From positions 7,847 through 71,846 of the forward strand of contig CALKLF010000008.1 of assembly GCA_937992175.1 (NCBI GenBank): a stretch of 64,000 nucleotides of DNA, given 5' to 3'. Shown piece by piece: positions 49,641 to 58,854 of this stretch. The position numbers and the translations under genes are program-made. How positions within the stretch are numbered: the stretch's first letter is position 1; every line of letters begins with the position of its first letter. Under the pieces are notes generated by a model. The model searched no databases. It saw nothing but the letters and a program-made list of their open reading frames with translations, and had not been told where the DNA came from. Source of the DNA: an uncultured Fimbriimonadales bacterium. GTDB taxonomy: Bacteria > Armatimonadota > Fimbriimonadia > Fimbriimonadales > GBS-DC.

Positions 49641-49831
49641 AAGCTTCCCTCCTTTGGGATTATTGGCGTCCATATCATCAAACTCCACGCAAGAATTACC
49701 TGTCTGACGAGAACTCGGTAGCGCTCCTTTGTAGACAAAGCACTACGCCTTGAAAACAGGCGTACATATTATAACCCATGTTGCAGTCTATCGGTGACAC
49801 GCCCCGCGATAGCAGGTATAATCTGCCCGCT

Positions 49832-50977
49832 ATGCTACGGACGGCGAGCCATCCCTGGATGACGCGCGTGCGTCCCGCGGTTAGTTACACGATTCAGGGC
49901 GCGCGCGTGGAACTCTATGTAGTGCCCCACACGAGTTTACATCGCGTCGCGGCGGATGGGCTGATACTCGCTTGCGACACTACGATGCGGATGACGAAAG
50001 GGTTCCGCAAGCAGCTGCGCGACTACGCGGGATTCGACTTAGTGGAGCAGGAGGGGGTCTCCTGTGCGCCGCTGCCCCCACAGGGCGTGGCGATTACAGG
50101 CGCAGGACGCACGAAATTCAGGCAGATTTTGCACGCGCATATTTTCGATGCGCAGTATACGACCGACGCCCGTCTCCAGCTACAGGGCTTGCAGAACGCG
50201 CTCGCCGTCGCCGCGGAGCGGGGGATGCAGACCGTCGCCTTTGCGGATTACACGCTTGATCTGCGCCGCGCCGTCGCGGAAGAGACCGCATGGACGATTG
50301 CGCAGGCGATTGCGCAACGCCCTCAGAGCCTGAATCAGTTCAAAATCCTCTGCACGGACGCCGTGAACGGTTGGGCATTCCAGCAGATTTTGGACTGGGT
50401 CAGTCAGCATGGGTTCGAGCCGTATCGTGCGATGTACCGAATCCGCCACACGATGCTCCATGCGGCGCTGGGCGACTGGCGGACGACGCCCGCTCATGGC
50501 TACTGGCGGTTTACCGAGCCGAGCCTGCGCATGGACGACGCCTTCATCAGGCGCGGCGGGCAGGTGTTGCAAACGAAAACACAGGCGCTCGCGCCGATCT
50601 CGCTGGGCGACGCGACTATTACCCCAGGTGGCGCGCTGCACTACCCGTTTGTCGTGCATCTCGCCGCGTTGGAGGGGAGGCGCATTCCTTCACGCGAGAC
50701 GCTCGTCGCTGCTGTGCGCGCCGCGCTCTCGCTTTCCCACAATCAGTCCCTCCGCACGCTTTTGATTCCTATGCCCAGCCCGCTCAGCGGCGTGACGCCC
50801 AGCGAATTCGCTCAGGTCGTCGCCGAAACCATCAGCGACTACCTGCACGAGGCGATTTCGCGGATTGAGCGCTGTATCCTGCTGGGGGCAAACGAAGCGG
50901 AGTTCCGCGCTTGGCAAGAGGCGGTGAACGCCCTGCGCGACGCGCTGAGCCTGCCGCCGCTGGAGACGGCGCCATAA
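49832..50977 (+). CDS. Tandem macro-domain-like protein (degenerate)
   Basis: Two repeats of A.IT.(A/G)G.....(I/V).H pattern followed by a helix and a T(V/L)-strand. Confidence 0.65.
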   Translation: MLRTASHPWMTRVRPAVSYTIQGARVELYVVPHTSLHRVAADGLILACDTTMRMTKGFRKQLRDYAGFDLVEQEGVSCAPLPPQGVAITGAGRTKFRQILHAHIFDAQYTTDARLQLQGLQNALAVAAERGMQTVAFADYTLDLRRAVAEETAWTIAQAIAQRPQSLNQFKILCTDAVNGWAFQQILDWVSQHGFEPYRAMYRIRHTMLHAALGDWRTTPAHGYWRFTEPSLRMDDAFIRRGGQVLQTKTQALAPISLGDATITPGGALHYPFVVHLAALEGRRIPSRETLVAAVRAALSLSHNQSLRTLLIPMPSPLSGVTPSEFAQVVAETISDYLHEAISRIERCILLGANEAEFRAWQEAVNALRDALSLPPLETAP

Positions 50978-51365
50978 AACCAATCCACACATATCAAGCC
51001 GGGTATGCGCGAAAACTCCGCGAGGTTGTGCGTGACCAGAACCGCACCGTAGGCAAGGGCAACTCCTGCGATCAGGTCGTCCATCGCCCCAACAGGTGTA
51101 CCTTGCTTCTCTAACAGAGCGCGCCCTCGTTCCGCTTGACGAGCCGCCGCCTCCCAAAGGGTAGTGTCAGTACGCTTTCTATAAGCGCGTTCAACTTCAG
51201 TAATCGGTGCTCGGGCTGAGCTGATTTGGCGACCCCGACTTCCAGTTCGCAAAGCGTGATAGTGGACACGGCAATTTCGGCAGGGTTAGATGCAAGAGAA
51301 CACGACGCCACATTGCCCTGACCGCGTACATAGTAAATGACAGTATCCGTGCCTAACAGATACAC
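50974..51365 (-). pseudogene. vapC: VapC PIN toxin pseudogene
   Basis: YLLGTD (first Asp lost), frameshift near 51155, then DDLIAGVALAYGAVLVTHN..EFSRIPGL; no stop at the expected end. Confidence 0.85.
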
Positions 51366-51371
51366 AGCTGT

Positions 51372-51596
51372 TCATAACTCTTCGCGTGGCTGGGACGGTT
51401 GCAGGCGAGGGCGCAACTCCTCCGAATCAGGAAAATCAGGCCACGCGCCTGCCAACGCCTTGGCTTCCTCAGACCACGCGACCTGACGACGCAAACGCTG
51501 GGCAAGATAGCGACTCAAAGGCATACCTGCTCGATGCGCCGCCTCACGGAGTTTCGCTGCAGTTTCCTCATCCAGATACACTGTAACCGACGGCAT
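51372..51596 (-). CDS. CopG/VapB-like ribbon-helix-helix antitoxin
   Basis: VTVYLDEETAAKL..AA...GMPLSRYL, LAGAWPDFP. Confidence 0.85.
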   Translation of the reverse strand: MPSVTVYLDEETAAKLREAAHRAGMPLSRYLAQRLRRQVAWSEEAKALAGAWPDFPDSEELRPRLQPSQPREEL

Positions 51597-51666
51597 TTCT
51601 TCCACCACATGAAAGTGTACCCAAGATGAACCACACCTGCAATTTCCCCCTGCGCCTGCCGAAAAT

Positions 51667-52119
51667 GTGCATGGAATGCGAATTCTGGTGGTGGACGACG
51701 AGCCGATGGTGCATCTGCTGCTCAGTCAGGCGCTGGAGGATGAAGGGCACACGGTTGTTCTCGCCCCGAACGGCGCGGACGCGCTGGAGCAGCTCAAAGC
51801 GGGCGACTACGATCTGCTATTTACCGACATCCACATGCCCCGCCTGAGTGGCATCGACCTCGTGCGCGCCGTGCGCCAGAATAACAAGCGTATCCCCATC
51901 ATCGTCATGGACAGCTACCCTGATCTGTTTATGGAGAGCGAGGTCGGCGTGGAGGCGTTCGCCCTGCTCCCGAAGCCGTTCGACCTCAGCGAGGTACGCC
52001 GCGTTCTCCGTGAAGTGGAAATCGCCCGCACCCCTAACCCCGCGCCCGCGTTGCGGGAGAGGGGAGCCGCGCTCCCCCTCTCCCATGGCGTGGGAGAGGG
52101 GGCTGGGGGTGAGGGCTAA
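51667..52119 (+). CDS. Single-domain response regulator with repeat-derived C-terminal tail
   Basis: ILVVDDE, DIHMPRLSG, KPF; tail PAPALRERG..PLSHGVGEG from a family A repeat (52030-52116). Confidence 0.9.
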   Translation: MHGMRILVVDDEPMVHLLLSQALEDEGHTVVLAPNGADALEQLKAGDYDLLFTDIHMPRLSGIDLVRAVRQNNKRIPIIVMDSYPDLFMESEVGVEAFALLPKPFDLSEVRRVLREVEIARTPNPAPALRERGAALPLSHGVGEGAGGEG

Positions 52120-52134
52120 AGCGAGGTGATTCCC

Positions 52135-54039
52135 ATGCTCTTCCGTTGGAGTCTATTAGTGGCAGGCGCTATAAGTATCTTAGCGATTACGCAAGCCCAA
52201 CGCACTTCCGCAACCGCCGAGTGGCTCTTTGCCGATCCGCAAGAGACCATCCAAGCCGCCACGCGCACCGAACGTTCCGTCGCCGAGTCGTTCACCACCG
52301 TGCGCGTACTGACCCGACGCGAGATCGAACTCAGTGGCGCACAAACCATCCAAGAACTGCTGGAGCGCATGGTGGTGGACTTCGAAGGGCAAGAGTCCTC
52401 CCAACACCGATTCCTGAGCATGCGCGGGGCGTACAGCGCGTCGGAGTTCAACGAGCGAATGCTCTTCCTGCTGGACGGGCAGCCGCTCAACGATGTGCTG
52501 CTGGGCAACTTCCCCGCGATGAGCCTCAGCACGCACGATGTGGAGCGCATTGAGATCGCCTTTGGTCCTGGCTCGGCGATGTACGGTCCGAACGCCTTCG
52601 CGGGCGTGGTGAACATCATTACGCAGCAGGGCGAAACGGGACGCCCTTCGTTCTGGAGCGGCTACGCGGGGCGCGGGGGCTACAACGCCTCCCTGCGCTG
52701 GATGACTGAGCAGGGCGCGCCGTATCGTCTCAGCGTGCAAAGCTCCCTCTGGCGCGACCCCGGCAGCGACCGCGTGCAGAACAACGACTCGATGGTGCGC
52801 ACTGCTCGCATTGCGTTCTCGCAAGGAACCCCCGAACGCGGGCAGTGGCGCGTGAACTACCTCTACGCCGACTTAGACCGCGGATTGGTCGGCATGCGCT
52901 ACTTCAGCTACCCCACGCCCGACGATCGCATGTTCTGGCGCACCCACTACTGGCAGGCGGAGTACCACCGCGCTTTCGGCGCGAATAGCCAGACCACGCG
53001 CCTGTACGGCGTCGCAGGCGACACCATCTTTCTCAAGGTACAAACTCAGCCCCCCATCGCCCCCAACGCGCCGCGCACGCGCATGCCCTTCAGTCAGAGC
53101 ATGCTCGCCGCCGAGACCTACTACCAGTGGCAACTGCCCAACGCGCAAATGCTCGCAGGCGCCGATTACCGCTTCATGCGCGGCAGCAGCCAGAACCACC
53201 TCGGCGGCAGCCACAGCGCGACCAACTTCGCCCTCTACGCGCAGGGCGAGTGGCAACTCGGACGCTGGAGCCCGATTTTAGGCGCGCGCTACGACAGCCA
53301 CTCCCTCTACGGCAACCAGTTTAGCCCGCGCGCAGGGTTCACTTACATCGCCAGCGAGCAACACCGCTTCCGCGCCTCGCTCGGTCGCGCCTTCCGCGCT
53401 CCCAGCTTCGTCGAGATGTATCTCCAGCAGTTCTATGTCTGGATTCCAATTAGCGGCAATCCCGTCCCGCTCAGCATCGAGGGCAAAGCCGACCTGCGCC
53501 CTGAAATCACTTTCAGCACAGAGCTGGGTTATCGCTTCCTTCACCCGCGCTGGCAACTTGACCTCTCCTACTTTACCAGCGACCTTGATGATGTAATTAC
53601 CGTGTTTCTCAAGGATGTCAACCGTCCAGACCTTCGTCAGTATCAGAACCTTTACCGCTTCCGCATCTGGGGCTGGACAGCCGATACAGTAGTCAAACTC
53701 TCGCCTGAGTGGACGCTGGGCGCAGGCTATATGTATGTGCGCTACTCAGGCGGCGTGGAAGAAGACTACAAACCCGCCCGCGACCGCACCGTTATCCGCC
53801 TCGCCTACTTCAAAGAGCGCGGGCTGAGCGGACAACTGGTGTTCAACTACCCCGCTGTCGGGCAGGGCTTTACGGACGCCTATGCGTGGAATACTTACCT
53901 CAACCTTGTCTACCGACCCGACGAGCGTAACCGATTCAACCTGCGCGTCGACAACCTGTTTAATGTGCGTACGGAGATGGCGCGCTGGGTGCCGGGCGGC
54001 AGGCGCAGCGTGTGGATTAGCTATCAACGAGACTGGTAG
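52135..54039 (+). CDS. TonB-dependent receptor
   Basis: Signal peptide, plug (ERIEIAFGPGSAMYG.NA..GVVNIIT), RAFRAPS..E.Y, L.PE, VDNLFN, terminal W. Confidence 0.92.
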   Translation: MLFRWSLLVAGAISILAITQAQRTSATAEWLFADPQETIQAATRTERSVAESFTTVRVLTRREIELSGAQTIQELLERMVVDFEGQESSQHRFLSMRGAYSASEFNERMLFLLDGQPLNDVLLGNFPAMSLSTHDVERIEIAFGPGSAMYGPNAFAGVVNIITQQGETGRPSFWSGYAGRGGYNASLRWMTEQGAPYRLSVQSSLWRDPGSDRVQNNDSMVRTARIAFSQGTPERGQWRVNYLYADLDRGLVGMRYFSYPTPDDRMFWRTHYWQAEYHRAFGANSQTTRLYGVAGDTIFLKVQTQPPIAPNAPRTRMPFSQSMLAAETYYQWQLPNAQMLAGADYRFMRGSSQNHLGGSHSATNFALYAQGEWQLGRWSPILGARYDSHSLYGNQFSPRAGFTYIASEQHRFRASLGRAFRAPSFVEMYLQQFYVWIPISGNPVPLSIEGKADLRPEITFSTELGYRFLHPRWQLDLSYFTSDLDDVITVFLKDVNRPDLRQYQNLYRFRIWGWTADTVVKLSPEWTLGAGYMYVRYSGGVEEDYKPARDRTVIRLAYFKERGLSGQLVFNYPAVGQGFTDAYAWNTYLNLVYRPDERNRFNLRVDNLFNVRTEMARWVPGGRRSVWISYQRDW

Positions 54040-54083
54040 GGACGCCTTTGAGAGAAAACAAAGCGGAAAAGCAGGGAGGTTCA

Positions 54084-55409
54084 ATGATTTTGGAAGCAGA
54101 GGTTTCGGAGGTTGGAGTGACGCCCTCCCGCCCAGCCCCTCTGCTGACAAGGGTACATCGCGTTGCTTCAACTTGGGGAGACGCAGCAGTGATTCCCCAC
54201 GCTGTTTCACCCTCACCCCCCAGCCCCCTCTCGGTAAACGGAGAGGGGGAGTCGCCTGCGTGCGAGGCGGCGCTTCCCCCTTCTCCGTTTACCGAGAGGG
54301 GGCTGGGGGGTGAGGTTAGGAATGACAGCTTTGTCATTCCGCGCGAAGCGAGGAATCTCCACCGCTCTGATGGAGTATGCGACAACGCGAGCCTCTCAAA
54401 CTCCTTTATGAATGACGAAAACGGGAAGACGCGGCTTTACCAGATGCTCCTTACGCCGCTCTTTACCCTGTTCATGTTCTTTCTTCTCAGTTTTGCCCTC
54501 GCCCAGCCCCCGCTGATTGCCATTCTGCAAAGCGACGAGGGCGCAATCTATACCGACGCCATTAATCGGTTCCATCAGGAAATGGAGAAACAGGGGGTGG
54601 ATGTGCAGACGCTCATTTTTGTGCTCAAAGACGACGAAAGCGACTCCGAGCTGCCCGAGCGTATCCTAAGCCGTAAACCGAAGATGATTCTGGCGGTAGG
54701 CATGAACGCTGCACTGCGCCTCAAGAAGTATTACGAGAGTCTACCTTTGGACCAGCAACCCCCTGTGGTGTTCACCATGGTGATGGATCCTGTTCAGCAT
54801 GGGTTGGTTCAGAGCGCAGAGCGGAGCGGGACGCGCTTCGCAGGCGTGACGCTGGCAATCAATCCCCAAAAACAGCTCCGCGCGCTGAAAGACTCGCTTC
54901 CGGAGGTCAAGCGTGTAGGGGTTGTTTACACCCCTGAGGAATTTGTGTCGCGGGGCCTGATTGAGCAGGCGCGCAAAGATGCCGAACGATTGGGGCTATC
55001 CCTGGTGGAGGCGCATGTCTCCACTCCCAAACAGCTCAACGAAGCGCTGGGACGCTTGCGCGGCACAGTCGACGCCTTCTGGATTATTCCCGATGCAATT
55101 TACGCGGAGGATCCCAAGGCGTTGCAGACCGTAATGGAGTTCTCTCGACGCCAGCGTATCCCGACCTTGGGATACTTAGAACGGTTCGCCCAGCAGGGTG
55201 CGCTGGTCAGTGTCGGGATAGACATGGCGGAGCAGGGTGCGCTCGCCGCAGAGCAGTCCATCCGTATTCTCAATGGAGAGAAGCCCGAGGACCTGCCCCT
55301 TTTGACCCCGCGCCGCGCCCTGACCTATTACAACCTCAAGGCGGCGCGTGCGCTGGGAATCACCATTCCCGATATGCTGCTCAATCTGGCGGCGAAGGTG
55401 TACGAATGA
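54084..55409 (+). CDS. ABC_sub_bind-type periplasmic substrate-binding protein (start uncertain: 54084, 54408 or 54444)
   Basis: PVVFTMVMDP, KRVGVVY.P.E, VDAFWIIPD, YNLKAARALGITIP. Confidence 0.85.
   Translation: MILEAEVSEVGVTPSRPAPLLTRVHRVASTWGDAAVIPHAVSPSPPSPLSVNGEGESPACEAALPPSPFTERGLGGEVRNDSFVIPREARNLHRSDGVCDNASLSNSFMNDENGKTRLYQMLLTPLFTLFMFFLLSFALAQPPLIAILQSDEGAIYTDAINRFHQEMEKQGVDVQTLIFVLKDDESDSELPERILSRKPKMILAVGMNAALRLKKYYESLPLDQQPPVVFTMVMDPVQHGLVQSAERSGTRFAGVTLAINPQKQLRALKDSLPEVKRVGVVYTPEEFVSRGLIEQARKDAERLGLSLVEAHVSTPKQLNEALGRLRGTVDAFWIIPDAIYAEDPKALQTVMEFSRRQRIPTLGYLERFAQQGALVSVGIDMAEQGALAAEQSIRILNGEKPEDLPLLTPRRALTYYNLKAARALGITIPDMLLNLAAKVYE
54210..54359. repeat. Fused family A (54210-54317) and family B (54318-54359) repeats
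   Basis: CCCTCACCCCCCAGCCCCCTCTCGGTAAACGGAGAGGGGG...GGAATGACAGCTTTGTCATTCC. Confidence 0.88.
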
Positions 55410-57922
55410 GTCGGCTTGGTCTGCGTGAACGGCTCCTGCTATTCTATGCGTTGATGGCGCTCGCGCCGGTGCTGGCAGCGGGTGCGCTGCTCTACATCTA
55501 CCTGAACAATCAAGTCTTCAGCTCCGCAACGCAGTTCCAGAGCGGGGTGCGGCAGGAGCTAAGCAACTATCAGCGCAGCGTGCGCGAAGGGGTTACGACC
55601 GTGCTGGAAGAATCTCAGCAGCAGGTGCGGCGGCGTCTCAATCAACAGCTCAAAACCCACCGCGACGAGACGCTCCAGCGTCAAAACGTCCTCCTGCGCG
55701 ATACAATCAGCGACCTGCAAACCGCCACACGCGATGCGCTGCAACAAACCGAGCACGATACGCTCCAGAACCTGAACCAGACCATGAACCGCGTAGAGCG
55801 AAAGGTGCAGGCAGTGCAGTCCGACTCGCTGGCGATGCTGCAGACCACGACGGAGCAGGCGACGCGCCGCGCCCTGCAGGAGCTGATTGTGCAACACCTG
55901 ATGCAACTGTCGACTCAGTTCTCGCGTCAGGTGGAAGGACTGCTGCGCAATTACACGGCGCAGCTGACCTTGATTGCCCAACAGCCTGCGATTCAGAACG
56001 CCAGCGTGCAGGAGAGCCGCTGGATCCTGCAGGCGTTGCAGGATCGGGAGCCTGCATATCAGGCGCTCACCCTGCTGGACGCGCAGGGCAACCCACTGGT
56101 GGAGATTGGCGATGCGCTGGACGACCCCGCGCTAACCTGGTCGGATCGGCGATTGCTCTGGGAGCGACTGCTGAGCGAACAGGAGACGACGCTGGGCGAG
56201 GCGCGTCTGTACCGCGTGGAAGGGCGGATGCAGCCGCTCGTGCCCATGATTATTCCCGTGCGGCAGATGGGCAAAGAGTTTCGGGGCGCGATTTTCGCGC
56301 TGGTGAGTCTGGAGGAGGCAGGTGCCTTAACGCGCGGTTTTCGGCAGGGCGAGCGCGGCGCAGTCGCCCTGATTCAGCAGGACGGCTTGGTTCTGGCGCA
56401 CAGCGACCCAAAGCGCGTCGGGCAGACCGAGACACGCTTCCCCGAGTCGCTCTACACGCTGACCCAGGCGCACAGCCAGCTCATGCACCTGCCCGACGGC
56501 AAGTGGCTCGTCGCCGCCGCGCCGATTCGTCGCCTGCGCGCCGTGCTGGTCATCACGCAGCCTGCTGAGGAGGCGTTCCAGCTCGTCGCTGCACTGCAGC
56601 AGTCCCTGCAACAGAGCTTCCAGCAGCAACGCGCTCAGACCGCAACCGCGCTGCGCCAGACCCGCGCCGCCGCGCAGAGCCGATTCGCGCTGCAGGCGAA
56701 CCGCCAGCAACAGGCGACCCGCGCTCAAATTCAGCAGGCGGAACAACGCGCCATCGCCCGCACCACGCAGACCCTGACGCAACTCGCGCAGGCGCAACAG
56801 AAGAACCTCTCCGCCATGCTGGAGGCGTCCGCGCGCGAAACCCAACACGAGCTGGATAGAGGGCTGAAGATTCAGCTGAACGAGGTTTTCCAAGGCGCAA
56901 ACTGGCGTCTGGCGGAAATCGCGGGCGAGCTGCGACGGAGTATCAACGACCGAATCCGCGAGTCGTTCCTTGTCGCGATGCTGTGCGTGTTGGGGTTTCT
57001 GTTGGTGGGCGCGGTGTTTCTCCATCGGACGCTGGTGCGCCCCCTGCGGATTCTGGTTAAGGTCACCCATGACATCGCGGCGGGTGACCTCACGCGGCGC
57101 GTGGAACTGCCCAATCGCGGCTGTCCCGACTTAGACGATCTTGCCGACTCGTTCAATCACATGGTAGACGCCCTGCAGAAGGCGGAGGCGCAACTGATTC
57201 AGTCCAGTAAGCTCGCCTCGCTGGGCACGCTCGCCTCCGGCGTAGCGCACGAGCTGAACCAGCCGCTCGCCATCATCCGAGCCATCGCCCAGCAAAACCT
57301 TGAGACGCTCGACTCTATACCCACCCCGCAACTGATTAGCCAACTCCACGAAGATTTACAAATCATCCATCGCCAGACCGTGCGGATGAGCCAGATTATT
57401 CAGCACCTGCGCGCCTTCTCGCGCAAGCCGCGCGAGGAGTTCGAACCTGTGAACCTGAACGAGGTCGCCCAGAACGCGCTGATTCTCTTGCGCGAGCAGC
57501 TGCGCCAGCGCGGGATTACGCTGATAGAGAACTACGCCGACGACCTGCCGCCCGTGCTGGGCGAAGCGAACTCGCTGGAGCAGATTGTGATTAACCTGCT
57601 GACCAACGCCCGCGACGCGCTGGAAGGGCGCGACGACGGACAGATCACTATTCAGACGGGGCTGTACGACGACGGCAGGCGCGTCTACGCCGAGCTGCGC
57701 GTGCGCGATAACGGTCTCGGCGTACCGCCCGACATCCGCTCGCAGATTTTTGATCCGTTCTTTACGACGAAAGACCCGAACAAGGGCACGGGGCTGGGGC
57801 TTGCCATCTCGCTGGAGATTGCCCAGAAGCACGGGGGCTTGTTGACGCTGGGCGAAACGGAGCGCGGCGCGGAGTTTGTGTTGCGGATTCCCCTCGCCGA
57901 AGCCCAGAAACAGGCGGCGTAG
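55406..57922 (+). CDS. Sensor histidine kinase (TM, coiled coil, Cache, coiled coil, TM, HAMP, HisKA, HATPase)
   Basis: KLASLGTLASGVAHELNQPL, NLLTNARDA, DNGLG, FFTTK, GTGLGL. Confidence 0.95.
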   Translation: MSRLGLRERLLLFYALMALAPVLAAGALLYIYLNNQVFSSATQFQSGVRQELSNYQRSVREGVTTVLEESQQQVRRRLNQQLKTHRDETLQRQNVLLRDTISDLQTATRDALQQTEHDTLQNLNQTMNRVERKVQAVQSDSLAMLQTTTEQATRRALQELIVQHLMQLSTQFSRQVEGLLRNYTAQLTLIAQQPAIQNASVQESRWILQALQDREPAYQALTLLDAQGNPLVEIGDALDDPALTWSDRRLLWERLLSEQETTLGEARLYRVEGRMQPLVPMIIPVRQMGKEFRGAIFALVSLEEAGALTRGFRQGERGAVALIQQDGLVLAHSDPKRVGQTETRFPESLYTLTQAHSQLMHLPDGKWLVAAAPIRRLRAVLVITQPAEEAFQLVAALQQSLQQSFQQQRAQTATALRQTRAAAQSRFALQANRQQQATRAQIQQAEQRAIARTTQTLTQLAQAQQKNLSAMLEASARETQHELDRGLKIQLNEVFQGANWRLAEIAGELRRSINDRIRESFLVAMLCVLGFLLVGAVFLHRTLVRPLRILVKVTHDIAAGDLTRRVELPNRGCPDLDDLADSFNHMVDALQKAEAQLIQSSKLASLGTLASGVAHELNQPLAIIRAIAQQNLETLDSIPTPQLISQLHEDLQIIHRQTVRMSQIIQHLRAFSRKPREEFEPVNLNEVAQNALILLREQLRQRGITLIENYADDLPPVLGEANSLEQIVINLLTNARDALEGRDDGQITIQTGLYDDGRRVYAELRVRDNGLGVPPDIRSQIFDPFFTTKDPNKGTGLGLAISLEIAQKHGGLLTLGETERGAEFVLRIPLAEAQKQAA

Positions 57923-57993
57923 GCATACGAAATTTCGCTCCAGTGCGGTACAATTCCGCCGCTACGCCGTCTAAGCAAGTAGAGGCGCGAACG

Positions 57994-58845
57994 ATGGGCA
58001 AATCGTTGCACTGCCCCGAATGGGAGGAAAAGCTGAGCCTTTATGTGGACGGGGTGTTGAACCCGTTCGATGAGAACGCGGTGGAGGCGCACCTGGCGCG
58101 TTGCGCGTCGTGCCGTGCAACCGTTGAGTTATGGCAATCAGTGGGGCAGTCGGTGCGTCGTTTGCCGCGCGAGTTGCCGCCGCCCTACCTGCGCGAGCGG
58201 ATTCTGGCGTCCACCACGCGCCGTCGGCGTCTGCCGCGTCGCCTGATTCCCAGCTGGCGTGTGCTTGCGCCAGCACTGGGCGTCGCGCTGCTGCTGGGCT
58301 GGCTGACTCTGCCGCGCCCCGAACCCGCGCGCGAGGCGGTGGTGAGCATTCCCGCTCCACAGGTGCAGACGACTATCCCCGCCTACGCTGCTGAATCGAA
58401 CGCTGCGCCGACCGAGCCGTTCCCCTCCGCGCCGTTGGTGATTGTGTTGCAGCCCGCGCCGTCCTATCGCACTGTTTCGCCCGCGCCGCGCTGGCTGACG
58501 CAAAACCGCCTTAGCCCCGCGCCGAGCGCGCCCGAATCGACGCCGTCCATCGTGATTATAGGCGACTCCACGCCGCGATTCACGCCGACCGCTTCAACCC
58601 CGCCCTCGATTGTCACCGAGATTGCCGAGTCGAGCGAACCGCCCGCGACGCCCGTCGAGACGATTACCGTGAGCGCGCCCGCACGCCCTGCAACCACCTC
58701 TGCTACGCGCGACCTGACCAGCTGGCTCCAGCAACTGAACCAGCAACTCCGCGAGGAAGACCGACGCCAGATTTCAGGCGCAACGCAGCGCGAACCGAAT
58801 AAACGACGATTCTTTGTGCCGATTGTAACCGTAGACCTTAAATAA
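57994..58845 (+). CDS. zf-HC2 anti-sigma-factor-like membrane protein with Pro/Ser/Thr-rich linker
   Basis: LSLYVDGVL...HLARCASC followed by a TM helix. Confidence 0.82.
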   Translation: MGKSLHCPEWEEKLSLYVDGVLNPFDENAVEAHLARCASCRATVELWQSVGQSVRRLPRELPPPYLRERILASTTRRRRLPRRLIPSWRVLAPALGVALLLGWLTLPRPEPAREAVVSIPAPQVQTTIPAYAAESNAAPTEPFPSAPLVIVLQPAPSYRTVSPAPRWLTQNRLSPAPSAPESTPSIVIIGDSTPRFTPTASTPPSIVTEIAESSEPPATPVETITVSAPARPATTSATRDLTSWLQQLNQQLREEDRRQISGATQREPNKRRFFVPIVTVDLK

Positions 58846-58854
58846 AGGGTCCTT

